Positions 63,608 through 64,000 of a stretch of DNA of 64,000 nucleotides are shown in pieces. The translations under genes and the position numbers were made by a program. Numbering within the stretch: position 1 is the first letter of the stretch; every line of letters starts with the position of its first letter. The stretch comes from Diadema antillarum (lineage: Eukaryota). Where the stretch lies: contig NW_027270911.1 in the NCBI RefSeq assembly GCF_040938485.1, forward strand, positions 682,001 to 746,000. Reading direction: 5' to 3'. The notes under the pieces were generated by a model that saw nothing but the letters and a program-made list of their open reading frames with translations, searched no databases and was not told the origin of the DNA.

Positions 63608-64000
63608 TGGTCATTTTGACGATGCGGGGGATGATTACTGCCAAAGTCCACTGACCTAAAAGCACACCTCAGAATTAATGTCAAGGTGACAGATGATACC
63701 TATCATATCCATAAATAATGAAAACAAATGGGACCTTTCTGTAATAAACCCAGCCGTTTCTGTGTTTGTTTTTGTTTTACTGTCTTCATATCTAATCGGG
63801 AAGGGGGGATGTGTGTTGTGTGTAGTACTTCTACAGTTTATAGGAATGTTCTATTTTGAGAGCACATTGTTTATATAGGTATCCTACTGCCAGCTGTGAA
63901 ATAAACCCAGTATTTTTTGTTTTTGTTTTTGTTTTACTATCTTCATATTTTATGGGGGGGATGTGTGTAGTACTTTTACAGTTCATAGGGATGTTCTATT

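Overview
Intron-rich animal genomic DNA from a draft assembly with six N-gaps. The repeat landscape suggests a marine invertebrate deuterostome such as a sea urchin (inference only). I spliced five protein-coding genes by hand using GT-AG junctions with consistent phases. (1) The 3' end of a CNNM/DUF21-type CBS-pair protein (+, <1-2287). (2) A divergent, probably myristoylated calcineurin-B-like EF-hand protein (+, 4503-8655). (3) A complete 21-exon ECT2L (F-box, central domain, DH-PH; +, 12606-33473). (4) A complete FAAH2 amidase with an intact Ser-cisSer-Lys triad (-, 44689-51237). (5) A compact Parkin/PRKN RBR ligase (+, 54255-63607), head-to-head with FAAH2. Protein-level highlights: Parkin has Thr at the PINK1 site (human Ser65) and Leu at the phospho-ubiquitin pocket Arg305, ECT2L lacks canonical GEF residues, the CnB-like protein has degenerate EF loops, and the CBS pair has lost its T/D nucleotide-binding motif. 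Non-coding highlights: three different 9-bp-TSD MITE families carrying telomere-like (TTAGGG)n cores, a foldback element with two outward-facing tRNA-like heads and a 13-bp TSD, a nested stack of palindromic elements between FAAH2 and Parkin, and two TTAA elements sharing one target site. Comparisons to human proteins are from memory and need alignment to confirm.
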